A DNA stretch of 64,000 nucleotides from a virus, in the IMG/VR virus record IMGVR_UViG_3300025652_009361, positions 32,001-96,000 of that record; one strand, given 5' to 3'. The notes beneath the pieces were generated by a model that did not search any database, was not told where the DNA came from, and was given only the letters and a program-made list of their open reading frames with translations. Shown here piece by piece: positions 45,574 to 56,319 of this stretch (position 1 is the first letter of the stretch; every line of letters starts with the position of its first letter). A program made the translations under genes and the position numbers.

Positions 45574-47997
45574 TTATATTACACATATTTTGTTATTTTT
45601 CACACACATTTTTAATTCAGAAGTCTTTGGGTTATCTAATATTTTTTCAGCAACTAAGGTTTGAATTTCTCTCTGTAATGTTTTTAAGACTTGCCTAGCT
45701 CCAAAATTATTGAATTGTATCTTTTTGTAAACATAATCAAGAATTTTATTAGAGTAATTTAAAGAAATATTTTTACTTTCCATTTCATTTTTAAATGCGT
45801 CTAAATTTTTAACTATAATTCTTTTAATTTGCTCTTCTTTTAAAGGGTTGAAAGGTACTATTTCGTCTATTCTGTTTAATAAATCTGCTGGAAAATGTTT
45901 TTTGACAGAGCTTACTATGTCGTTAGATATGTTTGAGTTTTCTTTATTAAAACCTATAGCAGGAGAGGTGACTACGTCTGATCCAATATTGGTTGTCATT
46001 ACTACTATAGAGTTAGAAAAATCCACTTCTTTCCCTGAAGAGTCTGATATCTTTCCCTCTTCAAGTATTTGGAGCAATAAATATATTACATCTTTGTGGG
46101 CTTTTTGAATTTCATCAAAAAGAATTAAAGAGTATGGATTTCTAGAAACCTTTTCAGTTAGTATGCCTCCTTTGCCGTAACCAATATAACCCGGGCTAGA
46201 TCCTATTAATTTATTAACTGCTGTTTGATCTGTATATTCTGTTAGATCTAAAAATATAAAATTATTTTTATTTGAAAATAAATTGTTGGCAATGATTTTT
46301 GCAGTCATTGTTTTGCCGACACCTGTAGGTCCGGCTAAAAGTAATGATGACACTGGTTTTTTATCGTTTCTGAAACCGGCTTTAGCTCTAAGTAAGCATT
46401 TGTATATTTGATCTATTTGTTGTGTTTGGCCTAAAACTTCAGTTTTTAATGAGTCTCTAAGGTCTTTTATTTTTTTAGAGTCTTGTTTTTTTAGGTCTGA
46501 AATTGGAATATTAGTTTTGTCTGATACGACTTCTAAAATATCTGCTTGTTTAATTCTATATCTAGAATCTTTCCATTTGTTAAAAAGTTTTTGAGTTACG
46601 GTTTGATATTTTTTTATCAGAGAGTTCATTCTTTTTAAGAATATGTTTTTAGCTAATTTATCTTGCTTTAATGAGAGGTCTTTTATTTTTTCTTCAATAG
46701 AAGTCATTTCTGGAGTTTTTGTAAAATTTTTTAATTTTGTTTTAGCTCCGACTTGATCTATAATATCTAAAGCTTTATCTGGGAATCTACCTTCCAGATA
46801 TTTATCAGCTACATCAATCGTAAACTTTATGGTTTCATTTGAAAAATTCATTAAATGAAAATCTTCATAAGAATCTTTAATGTTTTTGATTAACTGAAAA
46901 ACTTCTTTTTTTGTAGGCTCCTCCATCTTTATCATTTGAAACCTTCTGGATAAAGCTGGGTCACCTTGAATAGTACGTCTGTATTCATCGAAAGTTGTTG
47001 CTCCTATGCAGCTAACTTCACCTCTAGCTAGATAAGGCTTAAGAATGTTTGCAACATCCATACCGTTCTCTGGGTTACCCGCTCCGATTATAGTATGGAT
47101 TTCATCAATAAAAAGTACAATAAATGGATCGTTTACAATTTCTTTTAAAATGTTTTTAATCTTTTCTTCAAACTCTCCTCTATATTTACAACCGGCGATA
47201 ATCATTGGAATATCTAAATTGTAAATATGCTTCATCACTAAAAAATCAGAACATTCCCCTTCTACAATTGCTTGGGCTAAAGACTCTACTAATGCAGTTT
47301 TTCCTACACCGGCTTCCCCGACAATTAGTGGATTGTTTTTATTTTTTCTACAAAGAACTTCAGAAATCTTTTTTATCAAAGGTTTGTTAACATGAAGAGA
47401 GCTTATTTTTCCTTGTATTACCTGAGAATTTAAATTTATAGCATATTCATTTAAAAATTTATAGTTCTTAGGATTAAATTGCGATTTTTTTTGATCTTGA
47501 TCTTCTTCGTCTTCGTCTTCTTCTTCGTAAATTGAAGACGGCAGTAAACCGCTTTCTTCTAGCTTTCTTTCAACATAATCAAATATTGCGTCGTAGTTAA
47601 TTTGTAGATTAGATATTACGTCTCTTAAAAAAATATCTGTTTCTTTAAAAAGCGACAAAAATACATGCTCTAAACCTATGTATTTATGATCATACTTATT
47701 CGACAATTGTTTAGCGGAAGAAAAAACTTTTCTACTAATCGGAGATAACTTAGACTTAGAAGATGACTGACTGTCTTTAAGCTTAGATTTATTTAATGTG
47801 AAGAGGCAAGCCTTTTCGACTCGCTCGTAACTTATTTCAAATTGATCGAAAGCGTCTAAAATTTGATTATTCGGGATTTTTAAAAAAGCTAACAGTAAGT
47901 GAACATTATTTAATTGATGATACTCAAGGTCTGTAGCTATTTTGTGAGCTTCTTTAATTAATTTTTGAGCCCTAGGGGTTAAGTTATAACTTTTCAT
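45574..47997 (-). CDS. ClpA/ClpC-like ATP-dependent chaperone
   Basis: Clp-N repeats, GEAGVGKT, FIDEIH, PDKALD, GPTGVGKT, FDEIQKAH, IGF loop. Confidence 0.92.
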   Translation of the reverse strand: MKSYNLTPRAQKLIKEAHKIATDLEYHQLNNVHLLLAFLKIPNNQILDAFDQFEISYERVEKACLFTLNKSKLKDSQSSSKSKLSPISRKVFSSAKQLSNKYDHKYIGLEHVFLSLFKETDIFLRDVISNLQINYDAIFDYVERKLEESGLLPSSIYEEEDEDEEDQDQKKSQFNPKNYKFLNEYAINLNSQVIQGKISSLHVNKPLIKKISEVLCRKNKNNPLIVGEAGVGKTALVESLAQAIVEGECSDFLVMKHIYNLDIPMIIAGCKYRGEFEEKIKNILKEIVNDPFIVLFIDEIHTIIGAGNPENGMDVANILKPYLARGEVSCIGATTFDEYRRTIQGDPALSRRFQMIKMEEPTKKEVFQLIKNIKDSYEDFHLMNFSNETIKFTIDVADKYLEGRFPDKALDIIDQVGAKTKLKNFTKTPEMTSIEEKIKDLSLKQDKLAKNIFLKRMNSLIKKYQTVTQKLFNKWKDSRYRIKQADILEVVSDKTNIPISDLKKQDSKKIKDLRDSLKTEVLGQTQQIDQIYKCLLRAKAGFRNDKKPVSSLLLAGPTGVGKTMTAKIIANNLFSNKNNFIFLDLTEYTDQTAVNKLIGSSPGYIGYGKGGILTEKVSRNPYSLILFDEIQKAHKDVIYLLLQILEEGKISDSSGKEVDFSNSIVVMTTNIGSDVVTSPAIGFNKENSNISNDIVSSVKKHFPADLLNRIDEIVPFNPLKEEQIKRIIVKNLDAFKNEMESKNISLNYSNKILDYVYKKIQFNNFGARQVLKTLQREIQTLVAEKILDNPKTSELKMCVKNNKICVI

Positions 47998-50558
47998 TGA
48001 ACATCTGATAACTTCATGTATATTTTATTTTCTAAAATATTTATATTATCTACCCAAACTATATCATCTCCTTTTTTACCTGTAAAGACTATAATGTCTT
48101 CTTTTTGTGGGATCTTATTACCTTTTTCTATATAATTAGTTAACCTCTTAACTCTAGGGCTGTCCATGAACAAAGCGCTGGTACGTCCTGATTCGTCACT
48201 AACTTGAAATTTATAAAAAGTAGAATTCGATTTTCTTGATTTGCTTTTATAAACATCTTCGACTATGGCGACTATTTTAACAGAGTCTCCGTTAAATGCT
48301 GAGTGTAATTGTAAGCAATCTGTAAAGTTGTTTTGGCTTTCTTTAAAAACTGATTTTAATTTAACTGAAGGGTTGTAACCAAGTAATTTATTTTCAAAAT
48401 ACCAATTAGCAAAATCTTCATTACCTTTATTCTGGGAATAGATTTTTTTGTACTCGTTGTATTTTCTCTTGAAAGTGATTTTTCTTTTTTCAGTCATGAA
48501 CGGTTTACCGTCACCTCTTTTAGCGTCAGGTTTTTCAGGATTAAAAGCGGCTTGAAAAACGATTTGTAAAATATCAAAGTTATATTTTTCTGCGACGCTC
48601 AGAGCATAAGCTTTTTCTTTGTCTGTTAATATATTAAAAACTTGCGCTTCCATAACTAACCCAGATCTAGAACGATTTTCAGAAGATTCTAGAGTTCCAG
48701 CTTGGATTAAAGCTGATAAAAGACCGATATTGATTTTAGCCTCTTTTGCCGCTAAGAACGTTTCGAACTTATTGGCTTTGTTAGAGCCTCTAAAGCTTTC
48801 TAGGGCCTGTAAGCTTTTTTCTGAGACGCCTTTAATAGCATTTAAGCCGAATCTTATGTTGTTTCCTTCTTTTGAAAAGTCTAAAGCTGATTTAGACAAA
48901 TCTGGAGAAAGTAATTTCATGTCAAAATAAACTAACTCTTGAGATATTCTGCTTATTTCGGCATGGGAATCTGGTTCGTATTTTGATAACTCTAATAAGG
49001 CTAAATAAAAATCTTGCGGGTAATTGAATTTTAAATACGCCGTCCAAGCAGAAAGTGTAGCGTAAGATATACTATGAGATTTATTAAAGCTATAATTAGC
49101 TGAGTCTTCTGCAACTTTCCATAAAACTTCGCCTATTTGGGGCTCTAAATTATTTTCTGCAATTTTTTCAGAAATTTTCTCTTTCCAAACCGGCATTTGA
49201 TCCACTTTTTTCTTGCCTACTATTCTTCTCAGCTGCTCAGCTTCATCTAAAGTGAACCCAATTTTTACAACCATCTTCATTAACTGCTCTTGGTATAGCG
49301 GAATTCCAGCAGTGTAGGAGAGCTCCTCTTTAAAAAAATCATGAACTAGGCCAAATTGACCACTGCTTGTGTATAAGGCGTATTCATCTGTAAAATCTAA
49401 AGCTCCGGGTCTGGCCAAGGCTACTACAGCGCTAAGCTCTTCAAGGCCCCTTGGTTTTACTTTTTTGCAAACCCTGTAATTAGTATCAGCTTCGATTTGA
49501 AATAAACCTTGAGGGGTTTTTAGATCTTTAAAGTTTTTGTAAATATTTTCATCGGATACATCAATAGAGTCCATCTCGATCCCTAGAGATTTACAAACTC
49601 TATCAACTACAGTTAAAGTTCTTAAACCTAAAACATCAAATTTAACCATCAGCTCAGATACATAGTTCATATCGTAGCCAGTAACAAAATCTCCTTCACT
49701 GGTTTTTTGTAGAGGGCAGATCTCTTGAATGTCATAATATGAGATAGCAATACCTGACGGATGGACTCCCGTGTTTTTGTTTAAGCTTTCAATTTTTCTA
49801 CCTATAGCGAAGGTTTTTTTATTTAAGTCAACCCATTCTTTAAATTTTTCATTCTCTTTATACGAGTCAACCAAAGGCATAACTCTTCCAAAGATTTTCG
49901 GAATACAATCGCTTACTTCGTTAACTTCAGATTCAGAATACTCTCCCACTATTTTTCCGCATTCTTTTATGCATAATTTACTAGATAGAGTATTAAGAGT
50001 TAAAATTTTAGCAGTTTTTCCATGATGCTTTCTTTCGATATACTCAATAACCTCAGACCTTCTATCATAACTAATATCATTGTCAACGTCAGGGAGAAGT
50101 GATCCTTCTAAATAAGTGATATCATCTTTTATGATTTTCTTAGCTCTAGACCTAGAAACAAATCTTTCAAAAAATAAACCGTATTTAATTGGGTCAACTT
50201 TAGTAACACCAATCAAAAACAAAACAAGCGATCCGGCTGCGCTGCCTCGACCGGGGCCTGTAGGGATTTGATTTTCATGGCAAAAATTTAAAATATCCCA
50301 ATTCAACAATACATAATCTACAAATTCAAGCTCTTTAAAAATATCGAGTTCCATTGTTAGACGGTTTTGATATTCTTTAGATTGATATTTAGTTGTTGTT
50401 AATTTAGAATAGCATAAAACTTTTAAGAAATTAAAATTATCGACACTGCTATCAAGGTTGAGCTCTTTATAATGCTTGCTTTCAATTTTAATACTCGGTA
50501 GTCTTACTCCGGGCAGCATTGCATTGTCATACCTCTTTATATCCTTTAAAAAACTCAT
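47994..50558 (-). CDS. dnaE: DNA polymerase III alpha catalytic core (lacks N-terminal PHP)
   Basis: GPGRGSAAGS, FERF, PDVDND, HPSG, KFDVLGL, YQEQ, FNKSH. Confidence 0.93.
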   Translation of the reverse strand: MSFLKDIKRYDNAMLPGVRLPSIKIESKHYKELNLDSSVDNFNFLKVLCYSKLTTTKYQSKEYQNRLTMELDIFKELEFVDYVLLNWDILNFCHENQIPTGPGRGSAAGSLVLFLIGVTKVDPIKYGLFFERFVSRSRAKKIIKDDITYLEGSLLPDVDNDISYDRRSEVIEYIERKHHGKTAKILTLNTLSSKLCIKECGKIVGEYSESEVNEVSDCIPKIFGRVMPLVDSYKENEKFKEWVDLNKKTFAIGRKIESLNKNTGVHPSGIAISYYDIQEICPLQKTSEGDFVTGYDMNYVSELMVKFDVLGLRTLTVVDRVCKSLGIEMDSIDVSDENIYKNFKDLKTPQGLFQIEADTNYRVCKKVKPRGLEELSAVVALARPGALDFTDEYALYTSSGQFGLVHDFFKEELSYTAGIPLYQEQLMKMVVKIGFTLDEAEQLRRIVGKKKVDQMPVWKEKISEKIAENNLEPQIGEVLWKVAEDSANYSFNKSHSISYATLSAWTAYLKFNYPQDFYLALLELSKYEPDSHAEISRISQELVYFDMKLLSPDLSKSALDFSKEGNNIRFGLNAIKGVSEKSLQALESFRGSNKANKFETFLAAKEAKINIGLLSALIQAGTLESSENRSRSGLVMEAQVFNILTDKEKAYALSVAEKYNFDILQIVFQAAFNPEKPDAKRGDGKPFMTEKRKITFKRKYNEYKKIYSQNKGNEDFANWYFENKLLGYNPSVKLKSVFKESQNNFTDCLQLHSAFNGDSVKIVAIVEDVYKSKSRKSNSTFYKFQVSDESGRTSALFMDSPRVKRLTNYIEKGNKIPQKEDIIVFTGKKGDDIVWVDNINILENKIYMKLSDVQ

Positions 50559-51187
50559 AGATCTATCTGTATTAATTGTTTGCGAAATATTTTCAAATTC
50601 ATTTGAACGTCGTATAAAGAGTCATGCAGTTTATTTTCGTCGAAATCTATTTTATACTGCTTAAGTTGAGCTTTTATGCTTGTTCTTAAATTTCTTTCTC
50701 TAAAATCGTTAAGTCTATACTGCCATTGAATAAACTTGTCTAAACTATTCGGAGTTTTCATTCCTTTTTTAATAGCTTTGGCTACACAGTTAGTATCGTA
50801 AATTCTATTTATGTAAGAAAAATCTGAATCTAATCCTAGGAGTTTTCTGTATATGTTATGAACATAAACATCAAAACCTAAAAGATTTTGACCAACTATG
50901 ATGTAATCTTCATTGTACAAATAAGATTCAAATTCTTGTAAAACCTTTTTGGGGTCTTGAGCTAATCTTTTATATTTTTCATCATCAAATCTGGTTATTT
51001 TCCTTGCCTCTTCTGACAGTTTTAAATCAGGCCATTTTATGTGGCAATCTTTTTCTTTTACGGTTTTGTATCCTTCCGTAATTATATAGCTTAATTGCCA
51101 AGGTTTGTTGTCTGGGCTAAGCAAATTTAAATTACAAGTTTCAAAATCGAAACATATATATTTCTGTTTTTTATCGTCTTTAAGCAT
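50555..51187 (-). CDS. DEDDh 3'-5' exonuclease (epsilon-like)
   Basis: FDFET, GQNxxxFD, DT, HDSLYD. Confidence 0.85.
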   Translation of the reverse strand: MLKDDKKQKYICFDFETCNLNLLSPDNKPWQLSYIITEGYKTVKEKDCHIKWPDLKLSEEARKITRFDDEKYKRLAQDPKKVLQEFESYLYNEDYIIVGQNLLGFDVYVHNIYRKLLGLDSDFSYINRIYDTNCVAKAIKKGMKTPNSLDKFIQWQYRLNDFRERNLRTSIKAQLKQYKIDFDENKLHDSLYDVQMNLKIFRKQLIQIDL

Positions 51188-51935
51188 TTTGTTCTTTCCA
51201 TGATTCAAAGCTAAATTCGTTGCTGCAAAAATGTGCGAGCTCTGGCCTTGATAAGCTTCTAGTTTTACCGAATGATCTGTTGCAGATTATTTTGTAACTC
51301 ATTAACGCTTCGGCATCTTTTTTATTTTTATAATAAATTGATTTTACTTTTTCTGTAGGGTGATTATTTTTAGAGGCGTATTCTGCAACTTCATATTTAA
51401 GTAGTGAGTCAAAAGCTAAGCCATTAGACTCAATAAAAAAGGTGGGTTTTATTTTATTAAAGTTAGGTATTGAGTTGGTGCCATACTTTAACAAGTTGGT
51501 ATATAGAAATGAGTCATAAAATGGAACCGCTAATTTTAAGTGAGTGTCGTCCCAAACTTTCTCAAGAATTTCATAAGTTAAGTAACCATTAGATTCTGTA
51601 AAAGCTTTAGAATAAATTAGATTTAAAAGCTTACATCCTTGATTGTTTTTTGCAAAAATAATTATTTTATGTTCGCTTTCAGTATCAGCTTCTTCTTTAG
51701 AGTTTCTCATAGAAAGCCTAAGACCAAAAACTAATTTTATATTATTTTCTGTGCATCTTTTGTACGCTTCAGAAAAACCTATTAAAGAGTCTTCTACTAA
51801 GATTATTTCTGACAAATTATTGTCTAAGGCTATTTGAAAAATACTATCAGATCCACCATCTTTTACTTTAGATGCATCATTAAGGGTTAGAATTGATTTT
51901 CCTATAGAGTAATGGCTTTTGAACAAGGCTAGCAT
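51180..51935 (-). CDS. Stand-alone PHP domain of Pol III alpha
   Basis: SHYSIGKS, LVED, FGLR, IFAKNxxG. Confidence 0.8.
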   Translation of the reverse strand: MLALFKSHYSIGKSILTLNDASKVKDGGSDSIFQIALDNNLSEIILVEDSLIGFSEAYKRCTENNIKLVFGLRLSMRNSKEEADTESEHKIIIFAKNNQGCKLLNLIYSKAFTESNGYLTYEILEKVWDDTHLKLAVPFYDSFLYTNLLKYGTNSIPNFNKIKPTFFIESNGLAFDSLLKYEVAEYASKNNHPTEKVKSIYYKNKKDAEALMSYKIICNRSFGKTRSLSRPELAHFCSNEFSFESWKEQNA

Positions 51936-51956
51936 GTTTAATACATTACATTAATA

Positions 51957-53069
51957 TCAAAATTTGTCAAGATCAAATTCGTCTTCAATTTCAGAAGATC
52001 TTTCAAATGGGGGAGGTGTGGCTGGTTTGTTAAATAAGGGGCATCCAGTGTAATGAAGTTTTGTTATTTTGTCTTTTTTTTGTTTGTATTTGGTAGCTTC
52101 TTTTTCTGTGAAGAAAGATCTTTTAATTTGTTTTTTTTCGTCAATAACTGAGTAATAATCAAATGGAAACTTAAAAGAACAATACCACTTTGGCGAACCA
52201 TCTTTTTTAAGTTCGTTTGGTTTTTTAGCGAAGCCGCATAAAAGACGACCACTAAAACTTCCATCTTTTGGCATACCTTGTTTAAAAGCTAAATTAGATT
52301 TAGATGTTTCCTGAGTGAAATTTTCAGCGTAAGATTGAAAGTCAGTTAATTCATATTCAAAACCTTTGAGTTCATCTTCGGTTTTTGATCTCATTGTCAA
52401 TACAGAATTCGATGAACCAACTATCTGCCATTTTCCAGAAGAAGATTGCGAACTCTGCATAGCTTTAAGAAAGACGAACTCCATTTTAACATCTTTATAT
52501 TTAGGGTAAAGTTTTTTTACAGCTAGAGTGTAGATATAATCTTGCAAATTATCTGTCACTTCTTTGCCTTCATATACTTTTTTATTAGTTTTAAAGTCTC
52601 TAATTAGAGCTATACCTTTGCTCTTATACATAAACAGTCTGTCAATAAAGCCTTTAACTTTATATCTTACATCATCCTCTTCAATTTCTAATTCAAATTC
52701 TTTTTCCGAAATAGTTTCAGTTGGCCTACCTATCTCTTTTCCAAAGAAATCGTAAACAACGCCTCTAAAAGCCATGTCATGCATGTCTTCTAAATTTGAT
52801 GGATTTTCTAATAAGTTAGAGGCTTTAGCGTGTTTATAAATTAACCTTTCTACAGCGCTAGAACCACAAACAGTTCCATCTTTTAATATTGAATCATAAT
52901 GCTTTTTATGCCTGTTCTTACCAAGGCATTCCAAAACTAAATGCACAATACTGCCCTTTAAAGCTCCGTCATTAGTTTTATCTGGGAGCTTAAGATGATA
53001 TTTACACCAATACAACCAAGAGCAGGAAGTCATGGTTTTGATTTTACTAGCTGATAACGTCTGATTCAA
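51957..53069 (-). CDS. PD-(D/E)XK exonuclease (RecB/AddB/Cas4-like)
   Basis: LSASxI..C, GxxVH, E, GFIDR, DFKT, Q..Y, C-terminal cysteines. Confidence 0.8.
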   Translation of the reverse strand: MNQTLSASKIKTMTSCSWLYWCKYHLKLPDKTNDGALKGSIVHLVLECLGKNRHKKHYDSILKDGTVCGSSAVERLIYKHAKASNLLENPSNLEDMHDMAFRGVVYDFFGKEIGRPTETISEKEFELEIEEDDVRYKVKGFIDRLFMYKSKGIALIRDFKTNKKVYEGKEVTDNLQDYIYTLAVKKLYPKYKDVKMEFVFLKAMQSSQSSSGKWQIVGSSNSVLTMRSKTEDELKGFEYELTDFQSYAENFTQETSKSNLAFKQGMPKDGSFSGRLLCGFAKKPNELKKDGSPKWYCSFKFPFDYYSVIDEKKQIKRSFFTEKEATKYKQKKDKITKLHYTGCPLFNKPATPPPFERSSEIEDEFDLDKF

Positions 53070-54144
53070 AATTCAACTTTTCTAAGTAGTCTTCTAGTAT
53101 TTTTACACATTTTTTATCTTTTATGTTTCTTTTGTTCTCTAGAATTTTAGATACTTGTTTGAATGGGTTAATTTTTCTTTCAACCCACTTATTTATTTCA
53201 ACTTGCTGTTCAAGCATGTCACCAAAATCTTTCAATAGCGGTAATTTTATTTGAACTTTTTGTGGATCAAAATACTTGATCAATTTAATAAGTATTTTTA
53301 TTGCTGCATCTCTGCCAGCATTTTTGCTTTTACCATAATCATTGTTAGTGGCAATAGTAATTTTTTCTAAATCTAAAGTTAAAAGATGTGATATTTGTTT
53401 AGAACTTAAATCTAATCCAAAGATAACCATATGATTGTAAAAGCCTTGTTCTGTAAGGGCTAAGCTGTCGCCTACACCTTCAACAAGTATAACCTCTTTT
53501 GTTTTATTTATCTTTTTATAAAACAAATCACTATAGTTAGGAATATTAAATGGATAAACCCATCTTGTTTTTCGTCCTAGATGTTTCCATTTTGGCATAG
53601 GAGAATTTTTATTCCAAAGCAAATGTCTACCGCTTAAACCTATGACTTTTTCGTTTGGGTCATATATAGGAAAAACAAATCTGCCATTCATTTTGCCTGA
53701 CATAGAAAATCCTGCACGATAAGTTTTAAGGGTTTTATCTGTTATGCATTTTTTGTTGTAAAAATCATAATGGGGCAAAAGCACCCCTATTTCGTTATGG
53801 TCAAAAAATTGATCTGTTTCCATCTTAGGCGCTTTATGTACAGGTATGAAAGAATTAGTATCAGGTTTTAAGGATGTTATTATATTTTTTACTTTATTGT
53901 CATCTTTACAGCTAAGTTCAAGTAATTTCTTGAAAGGCATGTAAGAAGTTCCTTGAACAAAGTCTTTCCAAATTCCAGTGTTTTTCCAGATTTGCAAAGC
54001 CGTCCTATTATCACCATCTCTATAAGCTGCTGTACTTTGCCAATATCTACCTCTATCAGATAATTCATAACCTAAATCAAGAAGTATTTCTTCTATTCTA
54101 TCTGATTGATCTTCAGCCCAATTCAGGTATGTCTTCGGTTCCAT
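53047..54144 (-). CDS. DnaG-like primase (TOPRIM)
   Basis: RFVFPI, GLSGR, KWKH, LVEGVGD, NND, DFGD. Confidence 0.85.
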   Translation of the reverse strand: MEPKTYLNWAEDQSDRIEEILLDLGYELSDRGRYWQSTAAYRDGDNRTALQIWKNTGIWKDFVQGTSYMPFKKLLELSCKDDNKVKNIITSLKPDTNSFIPVHKAPKMETDQFFDHNEIGVLLPHYDFYNKKCITDKTLKTYRAGFSMSGKMNGRFVFPIYDPNEKVIGLSGRHLLWNKNSPMPKWKHLGRKTRWVYPFNIPNYSDLFYKKINKTKEVILVEGVGDSLALTEQGFYNHMVIFGLDLSSKQISHLLTLDLEKITIATNNDYGKSKNAGRDAAIKILIKLIKYFDPQKVQIKLPLLKDFGDMLEQQVEINKWVERKINPFKQVSKILENKRNIKDKKCVKILEDYLEKLNFESDVIS

Positions 54145-55630
54145 TATTTCTATCCTCCACAGTTGAGTTCGAATCTTGAGAAGCAATAATATCTCGTAAA
54201 TCTCCTTTTTCAGTTATATAAAAATTATTACATTCTAAATTAACGAAATTTTTTCTAGCTGTTCCGTCATTCATGGTTACTAGGTTTACTGCTCCGGCTA
54301 TATCTCTGCCTAAATGCCTAGCCTTAACATTTATTAGTTTATGAGTCCCGAATCCTCTTTCAGACTGGAGTTCATCTGCTGTTTTGTTTCTTAAGATGAA
54401 CATATGGGATGAAAACTGAGTGATTCTATCTGAAAGTGAAACAATGCTTTCATCATCCACAATATTATTAGCATTTCGATTCGTTGTAATTCCAGATCTG
54501 TTTGATTGAACTGAAGTGATCATGGATACGCAAGGCCCTGAGTCTCCCATAATATCTCTTTGGATACACTTTTTATACTTATCAACCATCTCTCCAACTA
54601 CTTGCCATTCATTTTTGTTAGAAGAATTTTCATTAGTTGTTTTTATATAATCAAAGCTAAATATTAAAGGGTTATTTCTTCCGACTTTAGCGTAATAAAA
54701 TCTTTTTAAAATGCTTATTTGAGAGTCTACGTTAAACCCTCCTATATTGTAATAATAAAAATGTTTATATTTTTTGGTTATAGTTTTCCAAACTGATCTG
54801 ACTTTACTTACTACTTCTTTACCGCTGTTTCTCCAGTTTCCGCTTTCAAGAAGCCAGACAGGAACTCCCGACATTGATGCACACTGTCTAAACATCAATT
54901 CTTCCTTGCTCATTTCTCCGTTATCAAAATGAAGAATTGGCACTTCGTATTTTTCAGAGGCCTTTGTTACAAAATCTATGCAAAACTGAGTCTTGCCTAC
55001 ACCCGATCTTGCAACAATAACAGTTATGTTGCCGGGTCTAAGAAGAGATCCATACATATCTTGCAATTTTGGATGAGGGCCAGAAAATCCAAACTCATCT
55101 ATTGGGTTTTCTCCTCTTTCTTCGATCAACTCTTCCATTGAATCGAAAATATTCTCAGGTTGATCCGTGCCTGTCTCGTATAAATTTATTTGGTTGTTAT
55201 AAATTTCATCAGACTTTTCTATGATTTCATTAAAAGAAGCGCTATGCAACGCTCTCATTTTATTGCTTATATCAACACCGCATTTAGCTATTTCTCTCCT
55301 AACAGTGTATTTCTTAAGCTCTGAGGCTATACTTACAACTGAGTCTGCTGAAACTTTTCTTAAAGATAACGATTCAATGTGATCGTAAGGATTTAAAGAG
55401 TCATCAAAAGATATGCCAAACTCTTTGACTCTTTGAGCTATAACTACTTCATCAATTTCGTCTCCATTCTCAATAGCTTGCTTAAGTACAGAAAAAATAG
55501 TTCTATTTATTTTAGAAGACTCTGACCAAAAATCTTTCTCAGTTATGTGGGAAGCTATGTCTGCATATCTATCTGGGTATTTTATTAGACCTGCAAGAAG
55601 TTGTGTTTCGAGGTCATAAGAGTATATCAT
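54113..55630 (-). CDS. dnaB: DnaB-like replicative helicase
   Basis: ARSGVGKT, xGEM, FDYIK, QSNRSG, KARH. Confidence 0.88.
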   Translation of the reverse strand: MIYSYDLETQLLAGLIKYPDRYADIASHITEKDFWSESSKINRTIFSVLKQAIENGDEIDEVVIAQRVKEFGISFDDSLNPYDHIESLSLRKVSADSVVSIASELKKYTVRREIAKCGVDISNKMRALHSASFNEIIEKSDEIYNNQINLYETGTDQPENIFDSMEELIEERGENPIDEFGFSGPHPKLQDMYGSLLRPGNITVIVARSGVGKTQFCIDFVTKASEKYEVPILHFDNGEMSKEELMFRQCASMSGVPVWLLESGNWRNSGKEVVSKVRSVWKTITKKYKHFYYYNIGGFNVDSQISILKRFYYAKVGRNNPLIFSFDYIKTTNENSSNKNEWQVVGEMVDKYKKCIQRDIMGDSGPCVSMITSVQSNRSGITTNRNANNIVDDESIVSLSDRITQFSSHMFILRNKTADELQSERGFGTHKLINVKARHLGRDIAGAVNLVTMNDGTARKNFVNLECNNFYITEKGDLRDIIASQDSNSTVEDRNNGTEDIPELG

Positions 55631-55642
55631 AAATACAACTTA

Positions 55643-55906
55643 CTACTCTTCAAGCTCAGTGTCAAGTGGATCTTCTGAGTTATTCATATCATCAATGTAA
55701 TTTTCTAAAGCTTTGATGAGGCCCATCTGTACAATAGGGCTAGCTATTTTAGCATAAATTAAAGGGCAACCCTCTTGATTTACGTAAGCTACTATAAAAC
55801 CTTTAGAAGTTTCGTCAGGTGAACCAGTGAATTCAAAAAGCTTGTTGAAATAATTTTCTGGTATTTTAAAACTTTTGAATTCTTCTGAGTTAACGGCTTT
55901 TTTCAT
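55643..55906 (-). CDS. Hypothetical protein
   Basis: 87-aa ORF in the replication block. Confidence 0.6.
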   Translation of the reverse strand: MKKAVNSEEFKSFKIPENYFNKLFEFTGSPDETSKGFIVAYVNQEGCPLIYAKIASPIVQMGLIKALENYIDDMNNSEDPLDTELEE

Positions 55907-55911
55907 TGTTA

Positions 55912-56319
55912 TTATAATATTACACCTTGAGACTCGAAAAGATGTCTATCTATTATATCCTTTTGAAAAATTGTCACAAGTGTAATTTGATTTATTTCAC
56001 AAAATTTTTCTTTATTTTGATCTCGTTTCAGTTGATCTAAATATTTGAATCTATTTTGATGAAAAAATTCAACATACTTTACGTGCTGTTGCCCTTGGAC
56101 CTCTATGGCTACTTTTTTATTAGCGTTATAGAAATCCAAGGACAATCTTGATCCCACTACTGGAAATTCTTCAAAAACTACATCTTGGTCCCAGTATAAT
56201 TTAATAAACTTTTTTACTGTAGTTTGAAATTTACTTCTACTACTACCATCCCAGTCTATTAAATATTTTCTGAGGTTTTTATACCTCTTCTTCTTCCCGT
56301 AGATCGTCAGTAGTTCCAT
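55912..56319 (-). CDS. Vsr/DUF559-like endonuclease
   Basis: EE, LDFY, AIEVQGxQH, RDxxK. Confidence 0.75.
   Translation of the reverse strand: MELLTIYGKKKRYKNLRKYLIDWDGSSRSKFQTTVKKFIKLYWDQDVVFEEFPVVGSRLSLDFYNANKKVAIEVQGQQHVKYVEFFHQNRFKYLDQLKRDQNKEKFCEINQITLVTIFQKDIIDRHLFESQGVIL

Noticed and set aside
51957-53069. Cas4-like nuclease as part of CRISPR-Cas
   Set aside because: It sits in the replication block with no cas1/cas2 or array; solo PD-(D/E)XK nucleases are routine in phages.
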